From contig JABDMI010000036.1 of NCBI GenBank assembly GCA_013001575.1, forward strand, positions 1,577-65,576: a stretch of 64,000 nucleotides of DNA, read 5' to 3'. Positions 61,477 through 64,000 of this stretch are shown piece by piece (position 1 is the first letter of the stretch; every line of letters begins with the position of its first letter). A program made the position numbers and the translations under genes. Under the pieces are notes generated by a model. That model made no database searches and was not told where the DNA came from. It saw only the letters and a program-made list of their open reading frames with translations. The stretch is from Gammaproteobacteria bacterium (GTDB taxonomy: Bacteria; Pseudomonadota; Gammaproteobacteria; Steroidobacterales; JABDMI01).

Positions 61477-62847
61477 CTAGTGCGACAGGATGGTTTTAAG
61501 CTCGAGGGCGAATACATCCAGGTCTTCTTCGGTTTTGGTTTCGGTGGCACAGACCACAATGCAGTCTTTTAATTCGGGATAAAAGTCTCCCAATGCCACA
61601 CCGCCAGCAATATCCTGATGAGAAAGATCTTCCAGAACCTTGGTTGCACCGCGTGGCAGTTGTACCACCGCTTCGTGAAAAAACTCGCCACTGAATACGG
61701 GTTCGACCCCGTCAATGGCGGTCAGTTTTTTAACCAACTTTTGGGTATTGTTATACGAACTTGCCGCAACCCGCTCCAGTCCTTCCGACCCCAGCAAAGA
61801 CATGTATATGGTCGCGGCGGTCACCATCAAACCCTGGTTGGTGCAAATGTTCGAGGTCGCTTTGGAGCGACGAATGTGTTGTTCACGCGCCTGCAACGTT
61901 AGGGCAAAACCCTGTTTGCCGTCCAGATCAACGGTACGCCCGACAATGCGCCCCGGCATTTGACGCACATGGGCCTGTTTGCAGCACATGAAGCCAAAGT
62001 ATGGGCCACCCGAAGACACTGGCACTCCCAGTGGCTGGCCTTCTCCACACACAATATCGGCACCGCGATTCTCTTCCGCATTGCCCCACTCGCCCGGCGC
62101 TTTGAGCAAGGCCAGTGAGATCGGATTAACCACAGCAATGGCCAAAGCATTGGCAGCATGCGCCATATCCACCAACTCATCCACCGGTTCAAGCACCCCA
62201 AAGAAATTGGGTTGTGGGATCACCAGCGAGACAATGCCCTTTTCGATCTCGGCCTTGACCGCATCAAGATCGATCTTGCCGCTTTGCGGGTCGAAAGGAA
62301 TATCCACAAATTCCAGATCTTGGGTGCCGGCAATGTTCTTGACCACTTCGCGATAAAACGGATGCACCGTTTGCGGCAATAGAATACGTTTACTTTTGTT
62401 GCGTCGTTGCGCGCGCACCGACATCAAACAGGCTTCGGCAAGCGCCGAGGCACCGTCGTACATCGAGGCATTGGAAATATCCATACCGGTCAGTGCCGTC
62501 ATCATGGTCTGGTATTCATAAATGAGTTGCAACGTGCCCTGACTGGCTTCGGCCTGATACGGGGTGTAGGCACTGTAAAACTCACCCCGGGTAGTAATCT
62601 GCCAGACCGCAGCAGGAATGTGGTGCTCATAGGCTCCGGCGCCAATAAAGTTCAGCACTTCGCCATCCAGTTTGGCGCGATCGTGCATTAAACGCGTGAC
62701 TTCCATTTCGTTCATGCCGGTGGGCACTTTTAATGACTTGATACGCAACTCGTCGGGGATCTCGTCAAACAAGGTATTGATATCCGGCGCTCCAATGGTC
62801 TCGAGCATTTCCTGAATATCGGTTTCGGTATGAGGAATAAACGGCAT
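61477..62847 (-). CDS. gcvPA: glycine dehydrogenase (aminomethyl-transferring) subunit 1
   Basis: 456 aa. MPFIPHTE…[12 protein letters not shown]…[11 protein letters not shown]. Confidence 0.95.
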   Translation of the reverse strand: MPFIPHTETDIQEMLETIGAPDINTLFDEIPDELRIKSLKVPTGMNEMEVTRLMHDRAKLDGEVLNFIGAGAYEHHIPAAVWQITTRGEFYSAYTPYQAEASQGTLQLIYEYQTMMTALTGMDISNASMYDGASALAEACLMSVRAQRRNKSKRILLPQTVHPFYREVVKNIAGTQDLEFVDIPFDPQSGKIDLDAVKAEIEKGIVSLVIPQPNFFGVLEPVDELVDMAHAANALAIAVVNPISLALLKAPGEWGNAEENRGADIVCGEGQPLGVPVSSGGPYFGFMCCKQAHVRQMPGRIVGRTVDLDGKQGFALTLQAREQHIRRSKATSNICTNQGLMVTAATIYMSLLGSEGLERVAASSYNNTQKLVKKLTAIDGVEPVFSGEFFHEAVVQLPRGATKVLEDLSHQDIAGGVALGDFYPELKDCIVVCATETKTEEDLDVFALELKTILSH

Positions 62848-62916
62848 AGTGATTGATCTTGTGTTTAATAATTATTTGTGATGGTGATAACGCAAAGGTA
62901 TTTGATGTCGCAAGTT

Positions 62917-63312
62917 CTAGTGATCTTCGTCATCCAGTTGAGCCTGGTAGGCACTCGCGTCGAGTAATTCTTCCACTTCGCCCATGTCGGTGGGTTGCAA
63001 ACGGAAGATCCAGCCACGTTCAAAGGCGTCTTCATTTACAAGTTCTGGGGTAGCTTCCAGCTCTTCATTCGAGGCGATGATCTCGCCGGAGACCGGTGAA
63101 TAGATATCCGAAGCCGACTTAACCGACTCGACCACCGCCACGGCATCACCCGCGACTACGTTGATTCCCTGGTCCGGGATCTCGACAAACACCAGTTCGC
63201 CCAGTGCATCCTGGGCGTGATCGGTGATACCGACCAAGACACTGCCGTCGTCTTCGACTTTGACCCACTCATGAGTTTTGGTGTATTTGTAATTTTCAAG
63301 AACTGTACTCAT
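62917..63312 (-). CDS. gcvH: glycine cleavage system protein H
   Basis: Lipoyl-lysine motif VESVKSASD. The start is placed at ATG 63312, with GGAG upstream, giving 131 aa. The ORF-track start at 63357 would overlap gcvT. Confidence 0.95.
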   Translation of the reverse strand: MSTVLENYKYTKTHEWVKVEDDGSVLVGITDHAQDALGELVFVEIPDQGINVVAGDAVAVVESVKSASDIYSPVSGEIIASNEELEATPELVNEDAFERGWIFRLQPTDMGEVEELLDASAYQAQLDDEDH

Positions 63313-63346
63313 TGTTTTCTCCAGAGAAAATTGATTTAAATATCGA

Positions 63347-64000
63347 TTAAATGTCAATCACAGGTTTGCCATGGCGCACAAAACTCAATTTGCCGATCTT
63401 GGCATCAATAAGTTTGTTACGGATCTCCACCTGGCAAACGCCTTTGGCTGGTTTGGGAATGCGGGCGTAGGCGATCGAGCGTTGCAAGGTGGGCGAGAAT
63501 CCGCCCGAGGTAATTTCACCATCGCCAAATTCGGTCACTACGCGTTGATGCGAGCGCATCACACCGCGGCCTTCAAGCAATAGTCCCACCAGTTTTTCAT
63601 TGATGCCTTCGGCCTTTTGTTTCACCAGGGGGGCACGGCCAATAAAATCGCGTGTTTCAGGCTCAAAAGCAATAGTCCAGCTCAAGGCAGAGATCAATGG
63701 CGAAGTGGCTTCGGTCATGTCATTGCCGTACAAATTCATGCCCGCTTCCAGCCGCAAGGTATCGCGCGCGCCCAGTCCGCAAGGGTGCACATCCGCGTCA
63801 ACTAACAGATTCCACAATTCGATGGCTTTGTCCGGATCCAGAACGATCTCAAATCCGTCTTCCCCGGTGTAACCCGTTCGCGCAATGAATAATTCATCCT
63901 CGTCCAGGCCATTGAATGGCGACATGGCAAGAATTTTTTCTTTATCAAGGTCGAATAACTTCGTCAAACAATCCACCGCAAGTGCCCGCGACTGCGGTCC
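63347..64000 (-). CDS. gcvT: aminomethyltransferase (glycine cleavage T protein), C-terminal part; gene continues past the window edge
   Basis: ARTGYTGEDGFEI…GLGARDTLRLEAGM. The frame remains open from 63976 to 64000 (…GPQSRALA-VDCLTK), so the ORF-track start is an artefact. Confidence 0.9.
   Translation of the reverse strand, partial: GPQSRALAVDCLTKLFDLDKEKILAMSPFNGLDEDELFIARTGYTGEDGFEIVLDPDKAIELWNLLVDADVHPCGLGARDTLRLEAGMNLYGNDMTEATSPLISALSWTIAFEPETRDFIGRAPLVKQKAEGINEKLVGLLLEGRGVMRSHQRVVTEFGDGEITSGGFSPTLQRSIAYARIPKPAKGVCQVEIRNKLIDAKIGKLSFVRHGKPVIDI

Noticed and set aside
63347-63976. ORF-track start (GTG at 63976) for gcvT
   Set aside because: The frame stays open to the window edge and the product is only the C-terminal ~60% of a T-protein. 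The gene is truncated by the window, not a short paralogue.
1-64000. Prophage, integrative element, toxin-antitoxin or known defence-system content
   Set aside because: I recognised no integrase, recombinase, transposase, reverse transcriptase, phage structural gene, cas gene, or characteristic defence ATPase/nuclease pairing. The gene content is overwhelmingly housekeeping.

Overview
The window reads as a core-chromosome segment of a moderate-GC gammaproteobacterium. GC was judged by eye and taxonomy is not verifiable here. Synteny blocks typical of that class are present: guaBA divergent from xseA, purL next to mltF, lgt-thyA-folA, cmoAB divergent from rimO, and gcvT-H-PA-(tpx)-PB. I call about 64 protein-coding genes, most on the minus strand. 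I recognised no rRNA, tRNA, CRISPR array, transposase, integrase or phage gene. The most unusual block is a complete five-step histidine-utilisation set with no hutC repressor in the window: hutF, hutG, hutI, hutH and a long 666-aa hutU. It carries tightly coupled non-hut passengers. One is a LOV-type PAS domain lacking the photoactive Cys and the relay Gln, fused to a degenerate GGDEF that keeps its RxxD I-site. The others are a HIT-like/PaiB/GNAT trio and a YiiX-like permuted-papain protein whose start abuts the hutG stop. Other items worth a second look: (1) an SRAP (YedK-like) homologue with all catalytic residues replaced; (2) a signal-peptide-bearing, internally duplicated Nma111-type HtrA protease; (3) a short rhomboid protease whose start overlaps the stop of a small membrane protein gene; (4) two structurally similar hairpin elements directly 3' of guaA and guaB, with one compensatory base-pair change; (5) a REP/BIME-like palindrome cluster between kmo and folA; (6) an xseA with no canonical start codon upstream of its conserved N-terminus. 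All functional calls rest on by-eye motif and family recognition from the supplied translations. No database search was run.
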